Shown here: in pieces, positions 1 through 10,224 of the stretch
How the letters are laid out: each line of letters begins with the position of its first letter
How positions within the stretch are numbered: position 1 is the first letter of the stretch
From: Mobula hypostoma
Lineage: Eukaryota
Direction of reading: 5' to 3'
Assembly (NCBI RefSeq): GCF_963921235.1
Contig: NC_086097.1
Location: 215,824,001-215,888,000 of the forward strand
DNA length: 64,000 nt
Position numbers and translations under genes: made by a program
The notes under the pieces: model-generated
What the model was told of the DNA's origin: nothing
The model's database searches: none
The model's input: only the letters and a program-made list of their open reading frames with translations

Positions 1-843
1 ACCAAGCGCATCTTTCACTACCCTCCACCCCCGACTTCCCACCTTCCATAGCAATTGCTCCCTGCGTGACCCCCTTGTCCACTCGTCCCTTCTCACTGAT
101 CTCCCTCTTGGCACTTATTCTTGCAAGTGGAACAAGTGCTACACCTGGCCCTAAACCTCCTCCCTCACTACCATTCAGGGGCCCCAAACAGTCCTTCCAA
201 GTGAGGTCATCTACTGTATCCAGTGCCCCTAGTATGGCCTCCTGTATATCAGTGAGACCCAATGTAGATAGGGGGATGGCTTCATCGAGCACCTTCACTC
301 TGTCTGGCACATCCAGAGGCCACCCATTTTAATTCCACTTCTCATTCCCATTCCAACACGTCAGTCCAAGGCCCCCCCTACTGCTACAATGAGGCCACAC
401 TCAGGTTGGAGGAGCAACACCTTATATTCTGTCTGGGTAGCCACCAACCCGATGGCATGAACATTGACTTCTCAAACTTCCGGTAATGCTCACCGCAGTC
501 CCGTCACCACTCCCCATTCCCATTTCCCTGTCTCACTTTATCTCCTCACCTGCCTATTGCCTTGCTCTGGTGCTCCTCCCCCTTCCCTTTCTTCCACAGC
601 CTTCTGTCCTCTCCTATCAGACTCTCTAGCCCTTTATCTCCTTCACCAATCACCTTCTCAGCTCTTTACTTCACCCCTCTTCCCTCCTGGTTTCACTTAC
701 CATGTGTTTCTTCCTCTCTTCCCCCCACTTTCTAACATCGGCTCCAGTACTAATGAAGGATTTTGGCCCGGAACAACAACCAAACTTTTTTCCATAGATG
801 CTGCCTGGCCTGCTGAGTTTCTCCAGCATTTTGTGTGTGTTGC
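1..843 (+). mobile_element. Penelope-like element (PLE) 3' fragment: degenerate GIY-YIG endonuclease region plus terminal repeat
   Basis: Decayed GIY-YIG-type coding (VIYCIQC..GLLYISET), RLEEQHLIFCLGS-type C-terminus, pyrimidine-rich tract, degenerate hammerhead remnant ~745-780, ends at GTGTGTTGC like other copies. Confidence 0.8.
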
Positions 844-859
844 ATAAATATAAATACAT

Positions 860-1390
860 AAGCTAGCTTCTATGCATAGATTGATTGTGTGTCTATAAAG
901 CAATGCTAGGCACAGGAGAATCTGTACATAAGGTGACTCTGACAGGAAATGATAAAGAGGTGGTGGTGAGAGGGTGTGGTGGTGTGTGTTTGTGGGTGGA
1001 GGTATTGATCAGCCTTACTGTTTGGGGAAAGTAACTGTTTTTGATGCATGTTGGGATGTTCTCTACTGCGCACCTCTAGAATGACAGGAGTACAGATGTG
1101 TACAATCCAGCTCTGTGTTGTACTTTAGCCTCCTCAGAAAGCAGAGGTGTTGGTTAGTGTTCTGGATTGTGTAGAATGTGTTCTGGGACCACGAGAGGCT
1201 GTGTGAGATGTGCACTCCCAGGAGTTTGAAACTGCTCGGAGTTTCCACGGCTGTGTTGCCAACGTAAATGGTGGAGGGAATTGTATGAGTTTTCTTGGAA
1301 TAGAGAACTATCTCCTTTGTCGTGTTGACTTTGAGGAAGAGGTAATTTGTCTGGCACTGTGCCATGAGCTCTTCCACTTCCTCTCTGTTA
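860..1390 (-). mobile_element. Rex1/Babar-type LINE 3' fragment
   Basis: ORF 1063-1464(-) contains VETPSSFKLLGVHISHSLSWSQN...LCFLRRL, the post-RT region of Rex1/Babar ORF2. Confidence 0.75.
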
Positions 1391-1560
1391 TGAAACCAAA
1401 ACAATAACCGTTGCTCTCTCCAGATGTGGCCCAACCTGCTGAGTATTTCTAGCATTTTGTTCATATTTCAGAAATTAGTGAAGTAGAGATGCTGATAGTT
1501 ATTCCGTAACCTCTACCAGAATAAATAGGCGTTATCACCATTATCAGGCTCTGTGGTAAT

Positions 1561-1797
1561 TGATATGTTTTACAACTTCAAAACATTAAATTAATCAGGG
1601 AAGGTACAGGAGTCCAAAATGTGAGTCTAACTGCGTGTTTACTTTAAGCAACGTGCCCACATACCATGTAGTAGCGTGATGACATCTGCAATTTATATAT
1701 AGAACCTGTAATGAATTATGTAAACGAACAAGAATGCTTAATTAACCAATATCTATAAAGTTTACTTAAATATTAAGAAAATATTAAATACACAACA
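1561..1797 (-). repeat. 3' LTR of the Gypsy element (~237 bp, TG...CA)
   Basis: Minus strand starts TGTTGTG directly after purine tract GTAGGGAGGAG and ends ...ATATCA; its end (tgatatgttttacaacttcaa) resembles 7015-7033 (tgatgttttgtaacttcaa). Confidence 0.75.
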
Positions 1798-1830
1798 CTC
1801 CTCCCTACTTAGCTATAAACTCCAACTCAA

Positions 1831-3250
1831 TTGTCAAGTTTATTGTCATTTAGCTACATACGTATATATAACCATTTAACATATATAGATACAAGGCAAC
1901 GTTTCTTTGAACCAGGGCATAAAGCACATAACACACTATGACTTATGAAGGTAAGGATAAAATCTACAGCTGAATCACATATAAATAACAAACCAAAGTG
2001 CGTTAATATTAAATATTGTAAGGTATGGAACGTCGGCTGGTGGCACAGTGACATCAGCGCCGGACTCCGGAGCGAAGGTTCCCGAGTTCGAATCCAGTCC
2101 GACCGCTCCCGGGCATGCTTTCCATCCATGCCGGGTTGAGTGCCGAGCCCGCAACTCGGCCTCTTAAAAAAAAAACTGCACTGTGAGAAGGACGTGGGGG
2201 ACCACTCACAGAAACTTTTCTCCAAGACAACCACTTGTAAAGGTGGTCACCGAGGCTCTGGCAGAGTATGGCACACACAAAAAAAAGTCTGTAAGGGACA
2301 GATTAACCAGTGACAATTTGTATATGATGTGGCTGGGAGTTCAGAAGCCTAATGGCCTGGGGGAAGAAACTGTTTCTCATCCTGACCATTTGTGTTTTTA
2401 TGTACCATTGTCTCCTGCCTGATGGTAGAAAGTCAAAGAGGATGCTGGATGGATGGGTGGGGTCCTTAATAATACTAATGGCCTTGCATATGCAGTTCTC
2501 CTGATTAATGTCCCCATTGGATGGTAGGGAGACCCCTGTGATCCTCTCAGTTATTCTCACAGTCCTTTGCAGGGATTTCTGGTCCGATATGAGACTGCTC
2601 CCGTACTATGACTTGTCAGAATGCTCTCAATGGTGCTCCGGTAAACACTGTTAAGATGGAGGGTGGGAGCCTTGCTTGCCTCAGCCTTAGGAAGTGGAGG
2701 CACTGCTGTGCTTTCTTGTTCAGGGAGGTGATACTAAGGGACCAGATGAGGTTATCCATGATGTGAACGCCCAGGAACTTGGTGCACTTAACTCTCTCTA
2801 TGGAGGAGCCATGTATTCACAGAGGGGGGTGGTTTGTCTGCATGTTCCTGACGTCCACAATGATTTCCATTGTTTTCTCCACTTTCAGGCTTGGGTTGTT
2901 CTTCTCACAGCAATCCACCAGCCACTCCACTTCCTCTCTATACTCCATCCCGTCATCGTTCTTGATAAGGCCAACCACTGTTCTGTCATCCACAAACTTG
3001 ATGACGTGATTTGAGCTGGATCCCATGGCCATGACACAGTCATGCATCAGCAGTGTGAACAACAACGGGCTGAGTACACAGCCTTGGGACGAGAGATGTT
3101 GCTGCCCACACGGACTGACTATGGCCTTACTGTTAAGAAGTCCAGAATCCAATTGCAGAGGAAGATGTTGAGACCCCATATTCCAGGTGGAACAGGACAG
3201 AGTGGAAGCCAGAGGCTGCATCATTAGTGGGTCATTTCTGGGGTATGATG
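1831..3250 (-). mobile_element. Rex1/Babar-type LINE, 5'-truncated and degenerate
   Basis: ORF 2817-3269(-): [17 protein letters not shown]...IKFVDD; ORF 2303-2560(-): SIIKDPTHPSSILFDFLPSGRR. Confidence 0.85.
2035..2176 (+). mobile_element. tRNA-derived SINE (head and A-rich tract)
   Basis: A-box-like TGGCACAGTGA and B-box GTTCGAATCC in a GC-rich, CpG-retaining segment followed by A10; inserted in the LINE tail. Confidence 0.7.
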
Positions 3251-4942
3251 TCAATATAGAATGCATCAACTATATACACAACTACTATACAATACAACTC
3301 CTATATCCAGTCATCGACAGCATGGTAAATATTAAATTGCCCTATTCAAGCCTAAAGATTTAATCGCTGTGGAGGATTTCTTACTCTTGTGGGATAACGT
3401 CTTTCCTGACAAGGGGGATCACTGTGTTTGAGATTTATTGCTGTGAAACAATTTCAGGTTTGGGGCCTCCTCCATGGTGATTGTAGGAGTTGGTTCTGAG
3501 ACTGTGAGAAGTGGTTCTGACCGCTCTGGACACCTTTCTTCTCCTTCCTTTTTCTTCTTCTAGTTTGTGCATCTTGATCTGGAGTATTCTATGATTAATA
3601 CTTCTATTGGCTACTTTATTATCTGATCTCTCCTCTTGGTTTCCTCTTCCACAACATCATCTGATGAATCCTTTGTGTTCGTATCTCCATTGATTCCTTT
3701 CTTTTTTAGTCTTCCATTGATCCAGCTGGGCTTTGGTCTTTGCATCTACTTTTACAAGCAGCTTTTTGTCTCTTACTTTCAGTAACCTTAATCTGGTTCA
3801 TTATACTCACAAAAGTCAAGTGTTCATGGCTTATCTGAAACTCCTTGAACTTTCTTCCAGCTTAAAACTAAGCCACATCTCACAAGTAACTGATTAACAT
3901 CTGAGGAAGCTTTCTTAGATATGTTGCCGACAAAACTGCTGTAATTAGACCAATGCTTTCATCACCTTCATGAGTCCTCTGAGCAGCATGGTCCTTCCTT
4001 AGTCCAATATGCTTTCCAAACAGAAGCACAGAGGCACCAACACCAGATGGTCCTCTGTTCGGCAATGGCTGCTGATGTTCAGCATGGAGATAGTCGTGGC
4101 ATCATCCAGTAACTTTCTTAATTCACTTTCAGTTGGCTTCATTGCAGGGGATGTGGCATGCAAATTATAGATGTTCCTCCAATCAAGTTGTAGTTGTCCC
4201 AGCCACTCATGCACCCACAATTCTGGCCCTCCTGTTTATCCCATATTCAAGCTCAATGTCCGCAAGAGCCATCTTTTCTTCAGTGTAAGTTCCTACTTGG
4301 ATATCTGCAGACTTCAATTTAGTAACTTTGAAACGCTGTTCAAGCTCATTTGAAACAGCTGACCCAGTGTCCAATTCCATTTTAATTAATTTACCATTCA
4401 CCTCTGGTGTAAGCCTTTTGCTTGTCTATTGGTAGCTTTCAAATTGTAAATCTCAAGGCTACGCAGTCCTGTGTCACTCTCATCGTTATCAGATTTTTCA
4501 TCAACAGCATACAGGTTAGTGCTCTTTTTGAAATAGCAATGACTTTTTATCTTTTTCTCTCCTGTACAGTCTATTTATTTTGTCTGCCCAACATGCTCAT
4601 TGTGTCCTAGGTTGTTGCATTTTCTGCAAGCTTCACCTTTGAACCTGCATTGGTCTGGTGTATTTGAGCCCCTGCCACAATGGTAACGCAATTTGTTTGG
4701 CCAGGCTGGTTCCTGTTCAGACGTTGCAATTTTGTTCACGCTCATTTTCGTTCCTGACTGCAACTCAATTGCATCTCTGTCTGTGGTTTCCATTGAAACA
4801 ATGATTTTAACTGCTCTTTTAAATGTGAGATGTGCTTCAGTTAACAGCCATTTTTGAATGCTTTCTTGTAAGATCAGACATTGGCTTCACTTCAGCTACA
4901 TTCTCTGAAATGGACTCCCTTTCCTTTTGATTCCGCTTATGA

Positions 4943-6522
4943 ATCAGAATCAGATTTATTATCACCGGCATGCGACGTGAAATTTGTTAACTTAGCAGCA
5001 GCAGTTCAATGCAATACGTAATCTAGCAGAGAAAAAAATTAATTATAATAAATAAAATAAAAATAATATGTAAATCAATTACAGTATATGTATATTGAAT
5101 AGATTTTTTTAAAAAAAAATGTGCAAAAACAGAAATACTGTATATTTAAAAGAAGTGAGGTCATGTCCAAAGATTCAATGTCCATTGAGGAATTGGATGG
5201 CAGAGGGGAAGAAGCTGTTCCTGAATCACTGAGTGTGCGCCTTTAGGGTTCTGTACCTCCTGCCTGATGGTAACAGTGAGAAAAGGGCATGCCCTGGGTG
5301 CTGGAGGTTCTTAATAATGGAAATTACCTTTTGGAGACACCGCTCCCTAAAGGTGTCCTGGGTTCTTTGTAGGCTAGTATCCAAGATGGAGCTGACTAGA
5401 TTTACAACCTTCTGCAGCTTCATTTGGACCTGTGCAGTAGCCCCTCCATACCAGACAGTGATGCAGCCTGTCAGAATGCTCTCCACGGTAAAACTATAGA
5501 AGTTTTTGAGTGTTTTTGTTGACACGCCAAATCAATTCAAACTTCTAATAAAAGTATAGCCACTGTCTTGCCTTCTTTATAACTACATTGATATGTTGGG
5601 ACCAGATTAGATATTCAGAGATCTTGATGCCCAGGAACTTGAAACTGCTCACTCTCTCCACTTCTGATCCCTCTATTAGGATTGGTATGTGTTCCTTTGT
5701 CTTACCCTTCCTGAAGTCCACAATCAGCTCTTTCGTCTTGCTGACATTGAGTGCCAGTTTGTTGCTGTGGCACCACTCCACTAGTTGGCATATCTCACTC
5801 CTGTACACCCCCTCATCACCACCTGAGATTCTACCAACAATGGTTGCATCATCAGCAAATTTATAGATGGTATTTGAGCTATGCCTAGCCACACAGTCAT
5901 GTGTATATAGAGGGTAGAGTAGTGGGCTAAGCACACACCCCTGAGGTGTGTCAGTGTTGATCATCAGCGAAGAGGATATGTTTTCACCAATCTGCACAGA
6001 TTGTGGTCTTCCGGTTAGGAAATCGTGGATCCAATTGCAGAGGGTGGTACAGAGGCCCAGGTTCTGTAACTTCTCAGTCAGGATTGTGGGAACGATAGTA
6101 TTAAATGCTGAGCTATAGTCAATGAATAGCATCCTGACATAGGTGTTTGTGTTGTCCAGGTGGTCTAAAGCCGTGTGGAGAGCCACTGAGATTGTGTCTG
6201 CCGTTGATCTATTGTGGTGATAGGCAAATTGCAATGGGTGCAGGTCCTTGCTGAGGCAAGAGTTCAGTCTAGTCATGACCAACCTCTCAAAGCATTTCAT
6301 CACTGTCGATGTGAGTGCTACTGGGTGATAATAATTAAGGCAGCCCACATTATTCTTCTTAGGCACTGGTATAATCGTTGCCTTTTTGAAGCAACTGGGA
6401 ACTTCCACCCATAGCAGTGAGAGTTTGAATGCTCCCACTACTTGGTTGGCACAGGTTTTCAGAGCCTTACCAGGTACTCCATCGGGACCTTCTGCCTTGC
6501 GAGGGTTCACTCTCTTTAAAGA
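4943..6522 (-). mobile_element. Rex1/Babar-type LINE, 5'-truncated, relatively young, with uninterrupted RT domain, inserted in Gypsy gag
   Basis: [39 protein letters not shown] motifs in ORF 5545-6600(-); C-terminal part in ORF 5226-5525(-); ATTCTG-type tail at ~4941-4955. Confidence 0.92.
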
Positions 6523-6600
6523 CCTAAAGCATTCTGCAATCAACAATAGCTTTGGTTCTAAATGATGCTGCACTATTTTGATAATATTAGCAATACTCAT
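5545..6600 (-). pseudogene. 351-aa chimeric ORF: ~26 aa Gypsy Gag fused in frame to LINE reverse transcriptase
   Basis: [26 protein letters not shown] (Gag) runs directly into [15 protein letters not shown] (LINE RT); ends by frameshift at LYFY*. Confidence 0.75.
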
Positions 6601-7192
6601 TTCTGCTGGCTTGGAAGGAGCAGTTAAACTTCAAAGCAAACTAGATGCATTTAAACCAAATGCACTAAGCAAAATTAGTACTTGTTTCTCATTGGCTATT
6701 GTTAAATTAGCTCACCATACATGAGCCAATTACCCATTACCCATTGATCTTTCTGATGCAGCCAGCCTTTCTGATATTTTTATGACTTTTATCACCTGGT
6801 ACTCACTCTTTAAGAACCCATGAATTCTCCCATTTTCTTTTTTTTTTACTTCTCAATTGTGTCTTCCCTTCCAAAGAACACATGCCTGGGCTGTTTTTAT
6901 TTTTAACTTGACCATCTCTGCACACGCTGTGCTACATTTTATTTGAGTTCAAATATTTCACTATGCTTTAACAGGTTGGTAGCCATTTCGGGTTCATTAA
7001 AAATACTTCATCAGTGATGTTTTGTAACTTCAAGACTGTTACTCTCGAGTGGTGCTGTATAGCCACTCTAGAAAGTGCAAAAAGCCCCAAGAACCATCAG
7101 AAAAAGTATCAAACCATCGTCTCTCAAGACACACAGATGTTGATGATATTTGTATATTATACACACACACAATTACTCAAATATTTTTGGGC

Positions 7193-7575
7193 AGGTGGGG
7201 CTCGTCAGCTTTGGATGGCAGACCGCCAAGGAGAAGGAAAACTCTGATTTTAAACCCCCGCTGCCTTGTGGCCATACTCACCCATGGGAAAGGCTTCAGG
7301 AGTAAACCCTGAGGAAGAAATCTGGATCCAGGGTCCCTAAGGCAGTTTGATGTTGTTTACAACTTCACTCTGGCAACCTCTGCAATGTCACTGGTGCCAA
7401 GCTGTATTGGTGCTTGCCCTTCCCTTGGAGTACATCAGTGACGTGGAGAGGGGGAGCCCACTCCATGGGCAACAGTCGGTTCTTCAAATCTTCCCACTCC
7501 GGCTTGCGCCCTGGAGAGGACACAGTCCACCAGAGGCATAAACAGTGATCCCCTGGGATCGATGGCTGCCTACTA
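7193..7575 (+). mobile_element. Non-autonomous retroelement fragment, same family as 22585-23180 (possibly RTE-associated)
   Basis: GGAGAAGGAAAACTCTGA..CCGCTGCCTTG..CCCATGGG..GTAAACCCTGAGG block shared with the reverse complement of ~22850-22945. Confidence 0.55.
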
Positions 7576-7748
7576 AATGGACAAAAGTAATGCCCTCAAT
7601 TATCATTTTATTACCTAATAATCAGCAAAGTAAATATAAATAATGATCAAATGTGAAAGGTTCTGGAGATCTAATTTGCTCATGAAATCTCACTTGCAAG
7701 CAATCAGCCCATTAAAGAAAATTGTTGGAGGCTGAAAATGTAAACATA

Positions 7749-8217
7749 CGAGGGGTGATTGATAGGTTCATGGCCTAACGTAGAAGGAGTCAATTTTAGA
7801 AAACTTAGCACATTTAGATTTCAACATAGTCCCCTCCTACATTTACACACTTAGTCCAGCAGTTGTGGAGCATACGGATCCCTTCTTTGTAGAAATCGAC
7901 ATCTTGGAAGGAGATGAGTTATACAACTCCTGTTACATGCATGTGCAGTTTAACTCTTTGAGTGATTATGCAGAAAGTTTAAAGTTAATAACTTATCTCC
8001 TTCTACCTTGGGCCACGAACCTGTCAATCACCCCTGCTGTGGACCTCTTTCTGGAGGTCCAAGATGCCGACTTCTACAAAGAAGGGATCCGTATGCTTCA
8101 CAACCACTGGACTAAGTGTGTAAATGTAGGAGGGGACTATGTTGAAAAATAAATGTGCTAGGTTTTCTAAAATTGACTCCTTCTACCTTAGGCCACAAAC
8201 TTATCAATCACCCTTCG
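7749..8217. mobile_element. Mariner-derived non-autonomous element with ~160-bp inverted arms
   Basis: TA at 7747-7748 and 8218-8219; arms 7749-7908 and 8058-8217; right arm encodes mariner transposase C-terminus FYKEGIRMLHNHWTKCVNVGGDYVEK*. Confidence 0.88.
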
Positions 8218-8252
8218 TATTAAAGGTATTATGTACATTGTGAAATGTATTA

Positions 8253-8406
8253 CAGGTCGCCCTTCACTAATCTGACTACCTGTAATCCAGTTCCTTCGAT
8301 AATCCGGCACTGATTATGCTTAATGTGATCCTTCTGTAATTCAGCATTTTCACTAATCCAGCACTCCTCAGGTCCCAATGATGCCGGATTAGTGAAGGTC
8401 AACCTG
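8253..8406. mobile_element. Small pogo/Tigger-like MITE
   Basis: TA-CAGGTCGCCCTTCACTAATC ... GATTAGTGAAGGTCAACCTG imperfect TIRs with internal TAATCC-type subrepeats. Confidence 0.65.
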
Positions 8407-9769
8407 CAGTAGATTTAGACATCACATACCATACACTTACTGATTTTAAATGTATTAGGGTTAAATGTACTGGATTTCAAATTAATTTTATTTCCTTTCC
8501 TTGATTGTAATACCACTTCCTTCAGCAGTTTACAACATTCCCCCCCATTTACAGACTATTCCCACGTTACAGAAGACGGGAGAGGGCGTGCTTTGTATCC
8601 TTAGAAAACAGTCCAACATTGCAATTTTCCACAATACAAAGATGCATCATCTGCGCATGTCAAGAAAAGCAATTTGAAAAATATAAACAGTTTTTCCATA
8701 TTTACTTTGTTCAAACAAATTCCATGAGAGCAAATTTTATCCCCTATCTCAAATTTTGGACAATGATTTGTGAATTCTGAAAGGGTGAATTTCTGTTACT
8801 TTACCAGCTGTATGGTAACGGGATCACTTGCATTTGAAAATGAAATGGCTGGCAAGCAAAGTCCTGGTTTTTAATATTAATATAACTGCAACACTACCAT
8901 ACATTCCCTAAGTTACATTAAACTGCATTCCAAAATCAAGAACAACACAGTTTGATAAAGATTTCAACCTCTATTTCTACAGATCCATTTACTTCTAATT
9001 TGATTCAGAAATATATATCATAGACATATGACTAATTAGATTTTCTTAGGATACTAAGAATGACAATTTTTGTAAGCAAGTAATAATTTGCTCAATGATA
9101 AAATGTAATTACATATATTTGCTTAAAGCTGAAAGATAGCAATGAAGTTTGTCTTCATGACACAAATAATACTCAATTTCTCAAAGCCTTCTCTCTCCCC
9201 ACTGAAAAGACTGCAACTTCTCCATGACATATGTTCTTTCATTACAGTGTGAACACAAAGGCTAACAATGTTGGTTGTATTAAACAAAAGAAAACAATAT
9301 CAATTGACCAATAAAACATCTCATGAGTAATGTTAGCAATAAACACAGGCATGGAACTCTTTTCACGCATGGGATCTAATCTTTCCATCAAAAGGACATA
9401 AATCAACATTGCAGTAGCAAAGAAATACCAAATTTCTCAATTAATTAACAAGATCAGTAACATATTTACTTGATAACATGATTGAGTTTGGCTCACTTAA
9501 AACACTGTTTAATTACGTCTAGAATATTAATATGCCAAAATCCTGCTGACTGTACCTAGTCTGTGAAGAATAGATTAAGTATTTCATTTAATATAACTGA
9601 TCATGAGAAGAATCAATTAAGAAGCATGACTTCAGAAACCTTACAAGAAAACTTGTGTAACTAAATAACAAGAAAAGGGAATGAGGTAGAGTTAACTAGC
9701 AGGAGATTCTGTAGATATTTAAAAAGAGTTAAAACATTGCTGATTTTAAAAACATTTAATAAAATAGAC

Positions 9770-10200
9770 AAATTAGTTGCACAGAGGACATTGGCTTCTA
9801 CAAAAGGATACTGACAGACTAAGTGAATGGGCAAAGTCGAGCAAATGGAGAGTGAAGTGGGAAAATCTAGCAGAATTTTTTAGCTTAATTTTAACAGAAA
9901 AAGAAGTTAAATGGTGAGGAATTCAGATGGCAAGATACACTGGCATACAAAGGTCTTTGGATGTCTAGTACTGCCCATTACCAGTATGCAAATACAATAA
10001 TTAGGCAAGCTAAGAGAACATTATCACTTACTATCGGGGGATGAAATACAGAAGTAGAGAGGCTATACTTCAGTTTAATATGTAGAACATTGGGGGAGAG
10101 TACATCTGAAGTACTGTGGATATATTGGAGTTAATCAGATCAAAACCTGGAGTTGGTAGGATATCTTAAGGAAAATCTGCACAATTTTAAATTGTCTCAC
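9770..10200 (+). mobile_element. Old, heavily decayed CR1 LINE fragment
   Basis: Resembles the post-RT part of the younger CR1 at 12250-12650 (GACAGACTAAGTGAATGGGCAAAG, CATCTGAAGTACTGTG). Confidence 0.55.
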
Positions 10201-10224
10201 TCTTCCAGATATCTTCATCACAGC

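Larger units (their letters stand above)
1561..7037 (-). mobile_element. Gypsy/Ty3 LTR retrotransposon, internally deleted and interrupted by two LINEs and a SINE
   Basis: Gag ([14 protein letters not shown] at ~6520-6600 resuming as HKRNQKE at ~4940), zinc-knuckle-like CGRGSNTPDQC..CRKCNNLGH (4575-4793), protease MELDTGSAVS (~4350-4400), integrase C-terminus ERRYPTRVRNPPQRLNL* (~3352-3405), PPT at 1798-1813, 3' LTR 1561-1797, short 5' LTR remnant 7015-7037. Confidence 0.85.

Noticed and set aside
2035..2110. tRNA gene
   Set aside because: A and B boxes are present but there is no full cloverleaf; it continues into a SINE body and A-rich tract
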